Shown here piece after piece: positions 19,183 through 28,858 of a stretch of DNA of 64,000 nt (position 1 is the first letter of the stretch; the number at the start of each line of letters is the position of its first letter). The stretch comes from Candidatus Doudnabacteria bacterium (GTDB taxonomy: Bacteria; Patescibacteriota; Doudnabacteria; UBA920). Under the pieces are notes generated by a model that made no database searches, was not told where the DNA came from, and saw only the letters and a list, made by a program, of their open reading frames with translations. The stretch spans positions 18,312 to 82,311 of the forward strand of contig JBBRMG010000001.1 in the NCBI GenBank assembly GCA_038230955.1, in the 5' to 3' direction. The translations under genes and the position numbers were made by a program.

Positions 19183-21309
19183 TTACTGTCCCTTACGGAC
19201 ATTAATACCAGCACGAGATTCAACGATCTTTTCAGTCACGTTGCGAGGGACTTCACCATAGTGGTCAAATTCCATAATGGAAGAGGCTTGGCCTTGGGTC
19301 ATAGACCGCAAAGTTGTGGCGTAACCAAACATTTCAGCCAACGGCACTTCAGCAGTAATAATTTTGCGATTAGTAATGTCTTCCATTTCATTAATCCGAG
19401 CACGCTTGGAATTAAGATCACCAATAACATCGCCCATGTTTGCTTCAGGGGTAGTGACAACCACTTTCATGATTGGTTCAAGCAAGATTGGTTCACCCTT
19501 CTTCACTGCTTCTTGGAAAGCCTTCGAACCGGCAATCTTGAACGCCATTTCAGAGGAATCAACTTCATGATATGAACCATCGTACAAAGTGACTTTAAAG
19601 TCGACTACGGGATAACCGGCGATAACACCGTTAGCGGCAGATTCCTGAACACCTTTGTCTACCGGCTTGATGTATTCTTTTGGAATAGCACCACCGACGA
19701 TTTCGTCGACGAACTCATAACCGGCACCGCGCTCAAGTGGGGTAACGCGCAAATATACGTGGCCATATTGACCCCGACCACCAGTTTGGCGGATGTATTT
19801 CGTTTCAGCCTGAGCTTCCTTTTTGAAAGACTCCTTGAAAGCTACTTCAGGCTTACCAACATTGGCTTCTACTTTAAATTCACGCTTCATGCGATCTACC
19901 AAAATTTCCAAATGCAATTCGCCCATACCAGCAATAATAGTTTGCTGAGTTTCTTCGTCGGAAGTAACTTTGAAAGTCGGATCTTCTTCCGCCAATTTCT
20001 GCATAGCAATACCCATTTTTTCTTGGTCAGCCTTTGTCTTCGGCTCAATCGACATAGAAATAACTGGGTCAGCAAATTTAATCTTTTCTAATTCAATGGG
20101 GTCAGATTCCGCGCAAAGGGTGTCGGCAGTAATAGTGTCTTTCGGACCTACTAAAGCACAAATATCACCGGCGTAGACTTCTTTCACTTCATCGCGCTGA
20201 TCAGCGCGCATGCGCACCATACGGCCAACGCGTTCACGGTTGCCACTGCGAGCATTTAGTACATACGAACCAGCTTCCAATTTTCCGGAATACACGCGGA
20301 AGAACACCAGACGACCAACGAATGGGTCGGTAGCGATTTTGAAAGCCAAAGCAGTAAACGGTTCGTCGTCACTTGGGTTACGAATTAGCTCTTCCCCATT
20401 GCGCGGGTTATGCCCCTTTACCGGACCCTTGTCTAACGGGCTTGGCAAGAAGTTAGTAACACCATCAAGCAATGTTCGAACAATGATACCGCGACCATCG
20501 CCGCCGAATACTGGGTAGAACTCACCGGAACGAGTCGCTTTGCGGATAGCAATCATTAATTCTTCTTCAGTCAATTCAGTACCACCAAGATACTTTTCCA
20601 TTAACTGGTCATCGAACTCGACGACCTTCTCTATTAATTCATGTCGATACTTTTCCGCCTTCTCTTTCATGTCAGCCGGTACTTCACCCACGACGAATTC
20701 TTTATCAGTAAAATCAGTGTACGTGTAGGTTTTCATCTGCACCAAATCAATTACACCATTGATTTCTTTTTCGAAACCTAACGGCAATTGGACCGGAAAA
20801 GCGTTCTTGGTTAAACGAGTGTGAATAGATTCAAGCGACTTGTAGAAGTCACCGCCAGTTTGGTTTATTTTGTTGATGAAACACATGCGAGGCACACCAT
20901 ATTTGTCAGCTTGGCGCCACACAGTTTCGCTTTGCGGCTCAACACCCATCTTCCCGTCGAATACGGTAATGGCCCCATCGAGCACACGCAAAGACCGTTC
21001 CACTTCAACGGTAAAGTCTACGTGGCCTGGGGTATCGATAATGTTAATCTTGTACTTCTTGTCTTTTCCATCAATGCTGATGTATTGCGGATTCCAGTAA
21101 CAGGTAACCGCAGCGGAGGTAATGGTAATACCGCGCTCGCGTTCCTGCTCCATCCAGTCAGTCACGGTTTCACCTTCGTGCACCGCACCAATTTTGTGGA
21201 TCATCCCCGTGTGAAAGAGAATACCCTCAGTCGTCGTGGTTTTACCCGCGTCGATGTGAGCGATAATCCCGATATTGCGGGTGTCTTCAATTGCGTAATC
21301 TCGAGGCAT
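19183..21309 (-). CDS. fusA: elongation factor G
   Basis: [37 protein letters not shown]. Confidence 0.99.
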   Translation of the reverse strand: MPRDYAIEDTRNIGIIAHIDAGKTTTTEGILFHTGMIHKIGAVHEGETVTDWMEQERERGITITSAAVTCYWNPQYISIDGKDKKYKINIIDTPGHVDFTVEVERSLRVLDGAITVFDGKMGVEPQSETVWRQADKYGVPRMCFINKINQTGGDFYKSLESIHTRLTKNAFPVQLPLGFEKEINGVIDLVQMKTYTYTDFTDKEFVVGEVPADMKEKAEKYRHELIEKVVEFDDQLMEKYLGGTELTEEELMIAIRKATRSGEFYPVFGGDGRGIIVRTLLDGVTNFLPSPLDKGPVKGHNPRNGEELIRNPSDDEPFTALAFKIATDPFVGRLVFFRVYSGKLEAGSYVLNARSGNRERVGRMVRMRADQRDEVKEVYAGDICALVGPKDTITADTLCAESDPIELEKIKFADPVISMSIEPKTKADQEKMGIAMQKLAEEDPTFKVTSDEETQQTIIAGMGELHLEILVDRMKREFKVEANVGKPEVAFKESFKKEAQAETKYIRQTGGRGQYGHVYLRVTPLERGAGYEFVDEIVGGAIPKEYIKPVDKGVQESAANGVIAGYPVVDFKVTLYDGSYHEVDSSEMAFKIAGSKAFQEAVKKGEPILLEPIMKVVVTTPEANMGDVIGDLNSKRARINEMEDITNRKIITAEVPLAEMFGYATTLRSMTQGQASSIMEFDHYGEVPRNVTEKIVESRAGINVRKGQ

Positions 21310-21357
21310 AGTTTAATGGTTATTTATTGGGGGTTTTATAGGTTTTATTGTCATTAC

Positions 21358-21386
21358 TTGACAAATCTATTTTTTTATGCTATAGT
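21358..21386 (+). promoter_or_regulatory. near-consensus sigma70 promoter
   Basis: TTGACA-N17-TATAGT with extended TGn. Confidence 0.75.
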
Positions 21387-21408
21387 GCAGTTGGAGGATA
21401 TAGATTTT

Positions 21409-21567
21409 ATGAGAAACAAGACAGCGAGGGATTATGTATTCCCGATCATTTTATCTGCAATATTCGGTTTTGCTTTTGGCCTCTACAATAGAGGAACTGT
21501 GCAAGCCGGATTAGGATACGCTCTTGTCGGCGCAATCATCAGTTTTGGTATCAGACTAATGATGTAG
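21409..21567 (+). CDS. 52-aa two-helix membrane protein, antisense between rpsG and fusA
   Basis: GGAGGA SD; MRNKTARDYVFPIILSAIFGFAFGLYNRGTVQAGLGYALVGAIISFGIRLMM; own promoter and terminator. Confidence 0.75.
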   Translation: MRNKTARDYVFPIILSAIFGFAFGLYNRGTVQAGLGYALVGAIISFGIRLMM

Positions 21568-21587
21568 AATTCGATGGGTTGCATGTT

Positions 21588-21622
21588 GACGGTTTGCTTT
21601 CACGAGTGAACCGTCTTTTTTT
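21588..21622 (+). terminator. intrinsic terminator
   Basis: GACGGTTtgct...agtgAACCGTC followed by T7. Confidence 0.7.
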
Positions 21623-21630
21623 ATTCCCTA

Positions 21631-22143
21631 CTATTTCCGCTTGTTACCGAACCTTGCAAAGTGAGCAAACGCTTTGTTTGCTTCAGCCATACGGTGAGTA
21701 TCTTCGCGCTTCTTGAAAGCAGTTCCCTGCTTCTGAAAACCATCTAAGATTTCACCGGCCAGCTTCTGAGCCATTGGGGCGCCTTTTTTGCTGCGAGCAG
21801 CATTGATCATCCATTTCATACCTAATGCGGTACGACGAGGTTCTGGTACTTCCATCGGCACCTGGTAGTTTGAGCCACCAATACGGCGACCCTTAATTTC
21901 CATAATTGGGCTGATGTTTTTCAAAGCAGTTTCAAATATTTCGCGATTGTCTTTGTCAGCAGCGTCCGGAATATTCTTGGACTTTTCAGCAACAATATCT
22001 AAAGCTGTGTAAAAGATTTTCTGAGATACGGTCTTCTTGCCGCGTTCCATCATATAGTTGATGAACTTGGCGTACTTCACACTGCTGAACTTTGGATCCG
22101 GCAGTGGAGTGTGTTTATCGTAACTTCTTGCTCTGCGTGGCAT
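21631..22143 (-). CDS. rpsG: 30S ribosomal protein S7
   Basis: RRIGGSNYQVP, REDTHRMAEANKAFAHF. Confidence 0.97.
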   Translation of the reverse strand: MPRRARSYDKHTPLPDPKFSSVKYAKFINYMMERGKKTVSQKIFYTALDIVAEKSKNIPDAADKDNREIFETALKNISPIMEIKGRRIGGSNYQVPMEVPEPRRTALGMKWMINAARSKKGAPMAQKLAGEILDGFQKQGTAFKKREDTHRMAEANKAFAHFARFGNKRK

Positions 22144-22274
22144 GTCGTCGTAAATTTAGTTCCCGGTTTCGTAGTCGAATAAATTCAACTTCTCAACCTT
22201 TCACTAAATTTCTCCTCTAAGAATTTTGCTTAACTCCCTATAGGGAGCCCAAGTAAAATTCTTTGTAATTACTG

Positions 22275-22700
22275 TTAAGCAGCCGGGGCTGGGCGCTTAG
22301 CGCCATATTTGCTGCGAGAGCGTCGACGACCTTCAACGCCTAGAGTATCTAACTTACCGCGGACAATGTGATAGCGCACACCTGGCAAATCTTTCACACG
22401 ACCACCGCGAATCATAACCACACTGTGTTCCTGCAAGTTGTGGCCAACTCCCGGGATATATGCGAGTACTTCCATACCGTTGGTCAATTTGACCTTAGCA
22501 ACCTTACGCAAAGCCGAGTTCGGCTTCTTTGGGGTGGTGGTATAAACCTTTAGACAAACGCCGCGAATAAACGGAGCGCCAGTTGGCAGGTTGATAACCT
22601 TGTTCTTGATAAGGTTCACGCGACGTTGCAGGGCCGGAGATTTGCTCTTCGACTTCAACGGATGGCGTCCCTTTCTCACAATCTGGTTGATTGTAGGCAT
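22275..22700 (-). CDS. rpsL: 30S ribosomal protein S12
   Basis: [28 protein letters not shown]. Confidence 0.98.
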   Translation of the reverse strand: MPTINQIVRKGRHPLKSKSKSPALQRRVNLIKNKVINLPTGAPFIRGVCLKVYTTTPKKPNSALRKVAKVKLTNGMEVLAYIPGVGHNLQEHSVVMIRGGRVKDLPGVRYHIVRGKLDTLGVEGRRRSRSKYGAKRPAPAA

Positions 22701-22920
22701 ATCTTACTAAACCTTTCTTTACTTATGCATATAAAAAACTGACAATATAGCGTCAGCTCTATCGTTTCGCACATATGGTACTCTCGTGAAGCCATACGAG
22801 TTAATTCCCATTAAGCGAGTGTATGCAGTAATTACCTAATTAAGGTGGCTTCTTCTAAGTTGTAAACAGATTATACCAGATTGATGCAGGGTTGGTCAAA
22901 TTCAGGGTTTTTCCACGAAT

Positions 22921-22949
22921 TTGACAATTATTAATTATTATTATATCAT
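22921..22949 (+). promoter_or_regulatory. promoter of the toxin-antitoxin operon
   Basis: TTGACA-N17-TATCAT. Confidence 0.6.
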
Positions 22950-22973
22950 TAGTATAAATTAATAGTATTCTAT

Positions 22974-23216
22974 ATGTCTACCTCAATTACCAAGCAAAAA
23001 AATGAAGCTCTAAGTATTTCCCTGCCTGCCCAATTAAAGCGGGATTTATTGAAACGGGCTCAAAATGACAACGTTGCCGTTAGTCAAGTAGTAGCTGAGG
23101 CTCTCAAAAAACATTTAATTCTCAAGGAATGGCGGGATTTGCAAGACATTTTTGGACCGGCACTGTTAAAACTTGGTATTGATTCAGATGAAGCAGTTGA
23201 GGAATACTTCGGATAA
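22974..23216 (+). CDS. ribbon-helix-helix (CopG-like) antitoxin
   Basis: ALSISLPAQLKRDL...VSQVVAEALKKHL RHH pattern upstream of a PIN gene. Confidence 0.8.
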   Translation: MSTSITKQKNEALSISLPAQLKRDLLKRAQNDNVAVSQVVAEALKKHLILKEWRDLQDIFGPALLKLGIDSDEAVEEYFG

Positions 23217-23218
23217 TA

Positions 23219-23641
23219 ATGCGATTTGTATGTGATACAAACATATATCTGGCAGCACTTCGTCGAGGTGGTTTTTGTAATACTGTACTGGAATTGATAT
23301 TAAGCACTGACAATACTCATGAATTGTGGGTTTCTGAATTTATCATTCAAGAAACCAAGAAAAAAGCTGCAGTGTTTGCTCTAAAAAAGCTCGCGTCTCA
23401 ATATGATATTGACAGAATTCTGCAAACAATTGAATCGAGCGCTCATATTTCATTTCCTTCCCGTGAACGAATCACTAATGTCTCACGTGATCCCGACGAC
23501 AATAGAATTCTGGAATGCGCTGTGTCGGCTCAAGCCGATGTTATCGTCACTATGGATAAAGATTTATTGGTGCTAAAACAATTTCGCGGCATTGCCATAG
23601 TCCATCCCAAAACTTTCATTTACATGCAGCCCAAGGACTAA
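23219..23641 (+). CDS. PIN-domain (VapC-like) toxin
   Basis: MRFVCDTNIY, RDPDDNRILECA, IVTMDKDLL. Confidence 0.9.
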   Translation: MRFVCDTNIYLAALRRGGFCNTVLELILSTDNTHELWVSEFIIQETKKKAAVFALKKLASQYDIDRILQTIESSAHISFPSRERITNVSRDPDDNRILECAVSAQADVIVTMDKDLLVLKQFRGIAIVHPKTFIYMQPKD

Positions 23642-24642
23642 GCATCCTCTCTTGTTAACATTTCCTCTAGCACACTTTCTTTAATACCATAGGTATTGCC
23701 ATGATTCATCAAGCCCAAATATGACTGCAAAGTCTCGTCCATGGGACTATTGCGTAATTGCTTCATCATTCTGCGCTTGGTAGTAGTGCGTATAACAGTG
23801 TGATCAGGAAAATGCACCCAGCCAAGAAAATCTACTCCCGAAACAAAAGTTTTCAGATACAGCTTATCCGGGTGCAATGTCAAATTTAGCCTACTTTTCA
23901 AGAATTCTGAAATTTGGGCAATTTGAGAAATTAACGCTTCTCTATCGTCGGACAAAAATACAAAATCATCAGCGTATCTTATGTAGTATTTTGCGTGCAA
24001 TTTGTGTTTCACAAACTGATCAAACTCATTCATATAAATATTACAGAACAGCTGTGATGTTAAATTACCTAATGGTAACCCAACTCCCGGCAAGGTAGAA
24101 AAACTATCAATAATTTGCTCCAGTAATTGCATTAGAGGTAAGTCCGAAATATATTGAGACAGTATACCTATGAGTACTCCATGATTAATGCTGGCAAAAA
24201 ACTTTTTTATATCACACTTTAAGACCCAACATGTCCGTCTATGGTTTCTACTCACTTTATAGGCAAACGCACGGAACCTCTTTATCGCCTTGTACGTTCC
24301 CTTATCAATCCGGCATGAATAGGAATTAGCAATAAAAGTCCTATCAAAAAACGGATACAATGTCCGGTACAAAGCGTGATGCAAAATCCTGTCTCGCACA
24401 GAAGCCTTGTGAATCTGTCGCGGTTTGGGATCAGTAATGCTAAATGCGCTATAATATGAGTGCTGGTATGTGCCGCTGGCCAAATCCCTATGCAACTCAA
24501 TGAGATTGCCCATTAAATTATGTTCAAATTCTTGCACATCTTTACGCTGTCTTTTGCCCCGAACAAACTCAGTCCATGCTTCCAGTAAATTTTCTAGTGA
24601 AATAATATCTTTATAATCATGTCTGAATTGAACCTTGCTCAT
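23638..24642 (-). CDS. DGR reverse transcriptase
   Basis: PKPRQI, RDRILHHAL, CDIKKFFASI, GLPLGNLTSQLFCNIYMNEFD, RYADDF, VDFLGW; compact ~334 aa; likely ATG at 24642. Confidence 0.95.
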   Translation of the reverse strand: MSKVQFRHDYKDIISLENLLEAWTEFVRGKRQRKDVQEFEHNLMGNLIELHRDLASGTYQHSYYSAFSITDPKPRQIHKASVRDRILHHALYRTLYPFFDRTFIANSYSCRIDKGTYKAIKRFRAFAYKVSRNHRRTCWVLKCDIKKFFASINHGVLIGILSQYISDLPLMQLLEQIIDSFSTLPGVGLPLGNLTSQLFCNIYMNEFDQFVKHKLHAKYYIRYADDFVFLSDDREALISQIAQISEFLKSRLNLTLHPDKLYLKTFVSGVDFLGWVHFPDHTVIRTTTKRRMMKQLRNSPMDETLQSYLGLMNHGNTYGIKESVLEEMLTREDA

Positions 24643-25023
24643 AGTAATAATAGTACCCCCCCCCAACGGATTTTACCAGTATTGCAAAAAGTAAAAATTG
24701 CCTATTTGCTATGGTTTGATTATTACCAAATTCTGCCCAAGTTACATAGGCATTCATTAGGCCATAAAGTCGATAATTTGTTTGTCGAACTCATAGAAGC
24801 GATAGTTTCTGCCAGTTTCTTGTCCCCGCACGAAAAACTACCTTATATTAGGCTAGCCATTAAGAAAAACGACACAGTCAAAATCCTGTTGATGATGCTA
24901 TGGGAAACCCACTCCCTGGATGGCAAACAATATATTGCGCTGTCTGTAAAAATCGACGAAATCGGAAGAATGCTCGGTGGTTGGAATGGTCAAATCACAA
25001 AACAAAACTCTCCTCGAAAATAG
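24619..25023 (+). CDS. avd: Avd-like accessory variability determinant (four-helix bundle)
   Basis: LPKLHRHSLGHKVD...EIGRMLGGW, ~130 aa, between TR and RT. Confidence 0.8.
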   Translation: MSELNLAHSNNSTPPQRILPVLQKVKIAYLLWFDYYQILPKLHRHSLGHKVDNLFVELIEAIVSASFLSPHEKLPYIRLAIKKNDTVKILLMMLWETHSLDGKQYIALSVKIDEIGRMLGGWNGQITKQNSPRK

Positions 25024-25044
25024 GAGGAGAGAAATGAAAGAGAA

Positions 25045-25176
25045 TTGCGGACGCGAAACACAAACTCGTTGTTGCCATTCCAATGATTGTCTAGCTTGCC
25101 ATTGTTGTTGTTCAACCACGGTTCGTCGTCGTTCCGATTGACGTTGAACAGATTCGGATTGCCGTTCGGGTCAGTT
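25045..25176 (-). repeat. DGR template repeat (TR)
   Basis: 132-bp ungapped match to 25498-25629; rich in AAC/AAT codons (reads NGNPNLFNVNRNDDEPWLNNNNGKLDNHWNGNNEFVFRVR). Confidence 0.95.
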
Positions 25177-25416
25177 TTGTATAATATGCCGTCTGCTACA
25201 CCATCCTTTGAGTGCTCTGTTAGCATTCTGGGGATTGAATCGTATTCGGCATTTAAATATGCCCTAGCATACTACACCAAGTTTCTTCATTTTTTTGAAG
25301 TGTCTGCATGCACCACTCTATTTTTAACCGTAATCAAAAATATTCCCGAGGCATGGATACTGGATTCGGTAGCAAACAACCATAATCGTTTGCGTATGCA
25401 CCTATTACCAATGGTA

Positions 25417-25425
25417 TTATAGCAA
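25417..25425 (-). promoter_or_regulatory. extended -10 element that could drive the TR-RT transcript
   Basis: TGCTATAAT on the minus strand about 240 nt upstream of TR. Confidence 0.4.
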
Positions 25426-25456
25426 AAATTTAGGCTGCAAAGGACAAAGATACAAA

Positions 25457-25487
25457 GTGCCAAGACTAGAGCAAGCTAGTCAAGCAC
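25457..25487 (-). other. hairpin downstream of VR (candidate DGR homing/target-recognition element)
   Basis: GTGC-caa-GACTAG-agcaag-CTAGTC-aa-GCAC just 3' of the target stop codon. Confidence 0.6.
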
Positions 25488-25493
25488 CAAGGA

Positions 25494-27587
25494 CTATTTG
25501 CGGACGCGAAACACAAACCCGTCGCTGCCATCCCAACGATCGCCTAGCTTGCCACTGCTGCTGAGCAACCACGGCCCGTCGTCGTGCCGATAGACGTCGA
25601 ACAGACGCGGACCGCCACCCGAGCCAGTTATGGGGTCCATGGCTATTCTTAAGTATTCACCATTCGGCTGGTCAGCATATGCCAATCTCAATTCTGGCCC
25701 TGTTTGCGGCGGACACAGTTCTAAATTTAATTCTTTAACCCTGTTGAAAATAGCTTCTAGGTTAGCACCGTTAGGAAATCCTAATTGCTCGACCGTAAAT
25801 TTAACCAAATCAACGCGTTCAGACTCGGACAATGCCCGTATTTTTACCAACATGCTTTTAGCGTAGTCAGATATTCTATTTCCTGTTTTCACTAGCTCCT
25901 GCTCGTATTGCATAGGAGTTTTAGTAGACAGCTCAATAGTTTTTCTGAATATCTTTTTCTCTGGGAAAGACTCATATAAATGCTGAATATGTTCAGGCAT
26001 TGTTCGCATTATGTCCGGAGACCACTGGCCAATATATAACTTTGTAGATTCCTTTATTTCCTGCTGCCCCAGAGCGATTTCTTCAGGCTTGCAGTCTATA
26101 TTGGCCACAATGCGAATAATCTTAGCGACGTCGGTCCTAGTCATATCAGGCGTAATTTCCATCTCACCCATTTTGAGGACAAAGACATTGTCATCCGGGT
26201 TAAAATCGTGAAAATCAACTTCACCATGCTCGGTTAAAATATGGTAGTCTTTGACTTTAATATTTCCCAGTTCGCTGTCAGAAATTTTCCTAAAGTCCCG
26301 CAGTTGGCCGGTGTCCGTTTGGGTAGTGCGAAGCTGTTTCAAAGCATCGATTACATCTGCAAAGTAAGGATCCTCCGGACTTAGGTATTCATCGTCCTGC
26401 TTCTTCATTTGCTCAATAGTTTTGGTTTTAAGATTATATTCCATTGTAATAATGGGCGTATCTCGATATACCTTTTGGCTACCGTTATCAAACTTAGGAG
26501 TTACCCTGAATGACAAAATTTCAATTTCACCACGCTTCATCTGGTTGATATACGAATCGCTTGTGCCAACGCAGTGTCTCATGTATTCTGATTCTTCCTC
26601 TAAGTGCGGCATGTTCAGCATGCGAGCGACATAATATTTACCTGACTCAGTTTGAACTAGATTTTCCCACGGATTCACCGCTGCGCTGTCTCCCATTTCC
26701 GCCCGCTTTTTGCGCATCTCTGCAATTTTTTGCAAAGTTTTTTCTTGGTGAACTTCCAGTAGCCGGTGCAAGCTACCTTTATCCGTATCGATAAATTTAG
26801 GGCTTTCGATAATAGCGTCAAATAAGTCATTCAAATCTATACTTTCATTGGCCGTGAAATGACGCGCCAATTTGAGTCTCAGCACGCTCTGCTGGCGCTG
26901 ATCAAAAGCAAAGTCTTGCTGACCGGAAAGCCTGCCACTTAAAGTTTGGTACGCACCATTGATGGCACTTTCTTTTTGCGGCTTGTTGTCAGGAGAAAAT
27001 GAACCCAAGGTTTGTTGGTATCGTTGGTTGAGTTCAGTTAAATACTTGGCTTCAAAAGCTTTTTTACGTTCTTCATCAACTTGCTCTGGCGATTTATCTT
27101 CTGTCAGTGGTTTCTCGTAATAATCGACTGCGTATCCTGCCATATTGTCTGTACGAATGCGTTCAAAGCCGAATCGTTCTAGGACATGATTCAACCTATC
27201 ATTCCAGCCATGAAAATTGAGCCGCATATAACCTTGTTGTTTTGCGTATTCTATGAAAGCTGGTATCTCCCGTAAAGCGCTGCGACCAGTCTGACGGGTA
27301 GTGCCGAAATACTTTATGTAAGCTTCATGCGGAATAAATTCTTCGCAGGCAATATAGCCAGTTATTTCACCTTTATCGCCAGTAATCAATTTGTTGAGAG
27401 GATGGCCATTTTCAAGTGTGCGGATGACATCCTCTACTGCCATAGACCGAATAGCCTCATCCACTTCAGTAATGCCTTGTGTGATAGCGCGGACGCTATC
27501 TTTTTGCTCCTCATTCATAACCAAGCCCGGCTTTTCTTCCAAGCGTTCCGGTATATATACGGTTTCTGGTGTATGACCTGTTTCCAT
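25494..27587 (-). CDS. DGR target protein: GNAT-like, PcfJ-like and C-terminal CLec-like variable domains
   Basis: VR in the last ~45 codons; GNAT-like EYAKQQGYMRL...VLERFGFERI; PcfJ-like LEEESEYMRHCVG...YINQMKRGEIEILSFR...ITMEY; likely ATG at 27587. Confidence 0.85.
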   Translation of the reverse strand: METGHTPETVYIPERLEEKPGLVMNEEQKDSVRAITQGITEVDEAIRSMAVEDVIRTLENGHPLNKLITGDKGEITGYIACEEFIPHEAYIKYFGTTRQTGRSALREIPAFIEYAKQQGYMRLNFHGWNDRLNHVLERFGFERIRTDNMAGYAVDYYEKPLTEDKSPEQVDEERKKAFEAKYLTELNQRYQQTLGSFSPDNKPQKESAINGAYQTLSGRLSGQQDFAFDQRQQSVLRLKLARHFTANESIDLNDLFDAIIESPKFIDTDKGSLHRLLEVHQEKTLQKIAEMRKKRAEMGDSAAVNPWENLVQTESGKYYVARMLNMPHLEEESEYMRHCVGTSDSYINQMKRGEIEILSFRVTPKFDNGSQKVYRDTPIITMEYNLKTKTIEQMKKQDDEYLSPEDPYFADVIDALKQLRTTQTDTGQLRDFRKISDSELGNIKVKDYHILTEHGEVDFHDFNPDDNVFVLKMGEMEITPDMTRTDVAKIIRIVANIDCKPEEIALGQQEIKESTKLYIGQWSPDIMRTMPEHIQHLYESFPEKKIFRKTIELSTKTPMQYEQELVKTGNRISDYAKSMLVKIRALSESERVDLVKFTVEQLGFPNGANLEAIFNRVKELNLELCPPQTGPELRLAYADQPNGEYLRIAMDPITGSGGGPRLFDVYRHDDGPWLLSSSGKLGDRWDGSDGFVFRVRK
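25498..25629 (-). repeat. DGR variable repeat (VR)
   Basis: 26 mismatches to TR, 24 of them at TR adenines (coding strand); identical 3' block TTTGTGTTTCGCGTCCGCAA. Confidence 0.95.
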
Positions 27588-27630
27588 AACTATATTATTA
27601 CAAATATTATAACTCGAGTAAATCGTGGAC

Positions 27631-28239
27631 CTATAACAACTGTACCCCAATAACCCTTGAGAACACCGATACCACCGGCAACAAAATACGTTCTAGTAAC
27701 CCCAAATACAACATTATAAACACCAGAATAAATCCGAACCGTTCCCACTCTAAAATTTTGTAAGTTAGTGCATCGGGCAGGAATGAGGCTACCACTTTGC
27801 TACCATCGAGCGGTGGGATTGGGATAAGATTGAAAGTGCCCAAAACAATGTTAAGTAGTACTATCTGAGTCAAAATTGGTAAGGAAATATAGTTAGTCAA
27901 ACCCAGCTTAATTGGAATAGCGAAGATAATAGCCAAAGCAAAATTGCTCAAGGGTCCAGCGAGGCTAACCAAAGCCATACCGAGTTTACGGGGCTGAAGT
28001 CGATTAAAATTAACGGGCACCGGCTTGGCCGCACCGAAGATTATAGGACTGCCCAGCAATAATAAAGCGGCTGGCAAAAGAATCGAGCCGAATGGGTCAA
28101 TGTGAGAAATTGGGTTTAAAGTAATGCGGCCCTGTTCTCGGGCGGTATCATCACCCAGTCGTTCGGCCATTAATCCATGACAAACTTCGTGGATAATCGC
28201 AGAAAATAAAAGGATTGCTAAAGTGATTATTATGTTCAT
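27631..28239 (-). CDS. site-2 protease (M50) family protein
   Basis: HEVCH, AGPLSN, FNLIPIPPLDG. Confidence 0.93.
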   Translation of the reverse strand: MNIIITLAILLFSAIIHEVCHGLMAERLGDDTAREQGRITLNPISHIDPFGSILLPAALLLLGSPIIFGAAKPVPVNFNRLQPRKLGMALVSLAGPLSNFALAIIFAIPIKLGLTNYISLPILTQIVLLNIVLGTFNLIPIPPLDGSKVVASFLPDALTYKILEWERFGFILVFIMLYLGLLERILLPVVSVFSRVIGVQLL

Positions 28240-28297
28240 ACTTGCTAATTATAGCAGATTATGTTAAAGTTACGCAGTATTTAACTTGCCAAAAACT

Positions 28298-28492
28298 ATG
28301 CCCCGAATGTGCACGATCTGCGGAAAAACTTACTCTCGAACTATTAAGCGCTCTCATAGTATGCGCTCTTCAATTCGCCGCCTTCTACCGAACCTCCAGT
28401 GGACTATGGTTGGCAACCAGCGCGTTAAAGCTTGCACCCAGTGCATGAAGACCCAGACCAAGACTGCTCGCATGGCTAAGGCCAGCGCTTAG
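28298..28492 (+). CDS. rpmB: 50S ribosomal protein L28
   Basis: MPRMCTICGK...RSHSMRSSIRRLLPNLQ...CTQC. Confidence 0.9.
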   Translation: MPRMCTICGKTYSRTIKRSHSMRSSIRRLLPNLQWTMVGNQRVKACTQCMKTQTKTARMAKASA

Positions 28493-28858
28493 AACTCGCC
28501 TCTGCTTCCGCAAAATCAATCAAAAGTCACCTACGGCACAAAGTAATAGGTGACTTTTTTTCCCTTTAAAAACCGAAAGACACCCATAACGAGTGTCTTT
28601 CTAATAGGAACGTGGTGTGTTCCCAATGTTGCCTAAGGCAATTTTGTTTCTACTATTCATTTTTTGGTCCGTAGTACTGAATTATCACTAAGCGTCATCA
28701 AAATTTTCTTTCTCTAATTCTTGAATTTTCTGTGCGGTGTAATCATTCACACGCATTTTTTTCTCCTTTCCCTCACTTTAACTTCTACTTATCCCTACTT
28801 GAGTTCCGGACTCACTACTAAATTACCATCTCAGTATGATATCTCCGTGAAAAAGTTA

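Larger units (their letters stand above)
23638..27587 (-). mobile_element. diversity-generating retroelement (target-VR, hairpin, TR, avd, RT)
   Basis: All canonical DGR parts present within 4 kb; adenine-specific TR/VR mismatches. Confidence 0.95.

Noticed and set aside
20821-21408. 248-aa plus-strand ORF and other long antisense ORFs over ribosomal, tuf, fusA, leuS and pnp genes
   Set aside because: Shadow frames of conserved genes; only the last 52 codons (21409-21567) have their own expression signals.
22150-22265. Hairpins between rpsL and rpsG as another copy of the dispersed element
   Set aside because: They lack the GAAACTA/TAGTTTC core; they may be an S7-related leader, but that cannot be supported from sequence alone.
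23638-24642. RT as a group II intron, retron or CRISPR-associated RT
   Set aside because: No maturase/endonuclease extension or cas genes; the adenine-specific TR/VR pair and Avd identify a DGR.
24990-25226. 78-aa Asn-rich ORF resembling the DGR target C-terminus
   Set aside because: It is the template repeat read in frame; there is no evidence for a separate protein.
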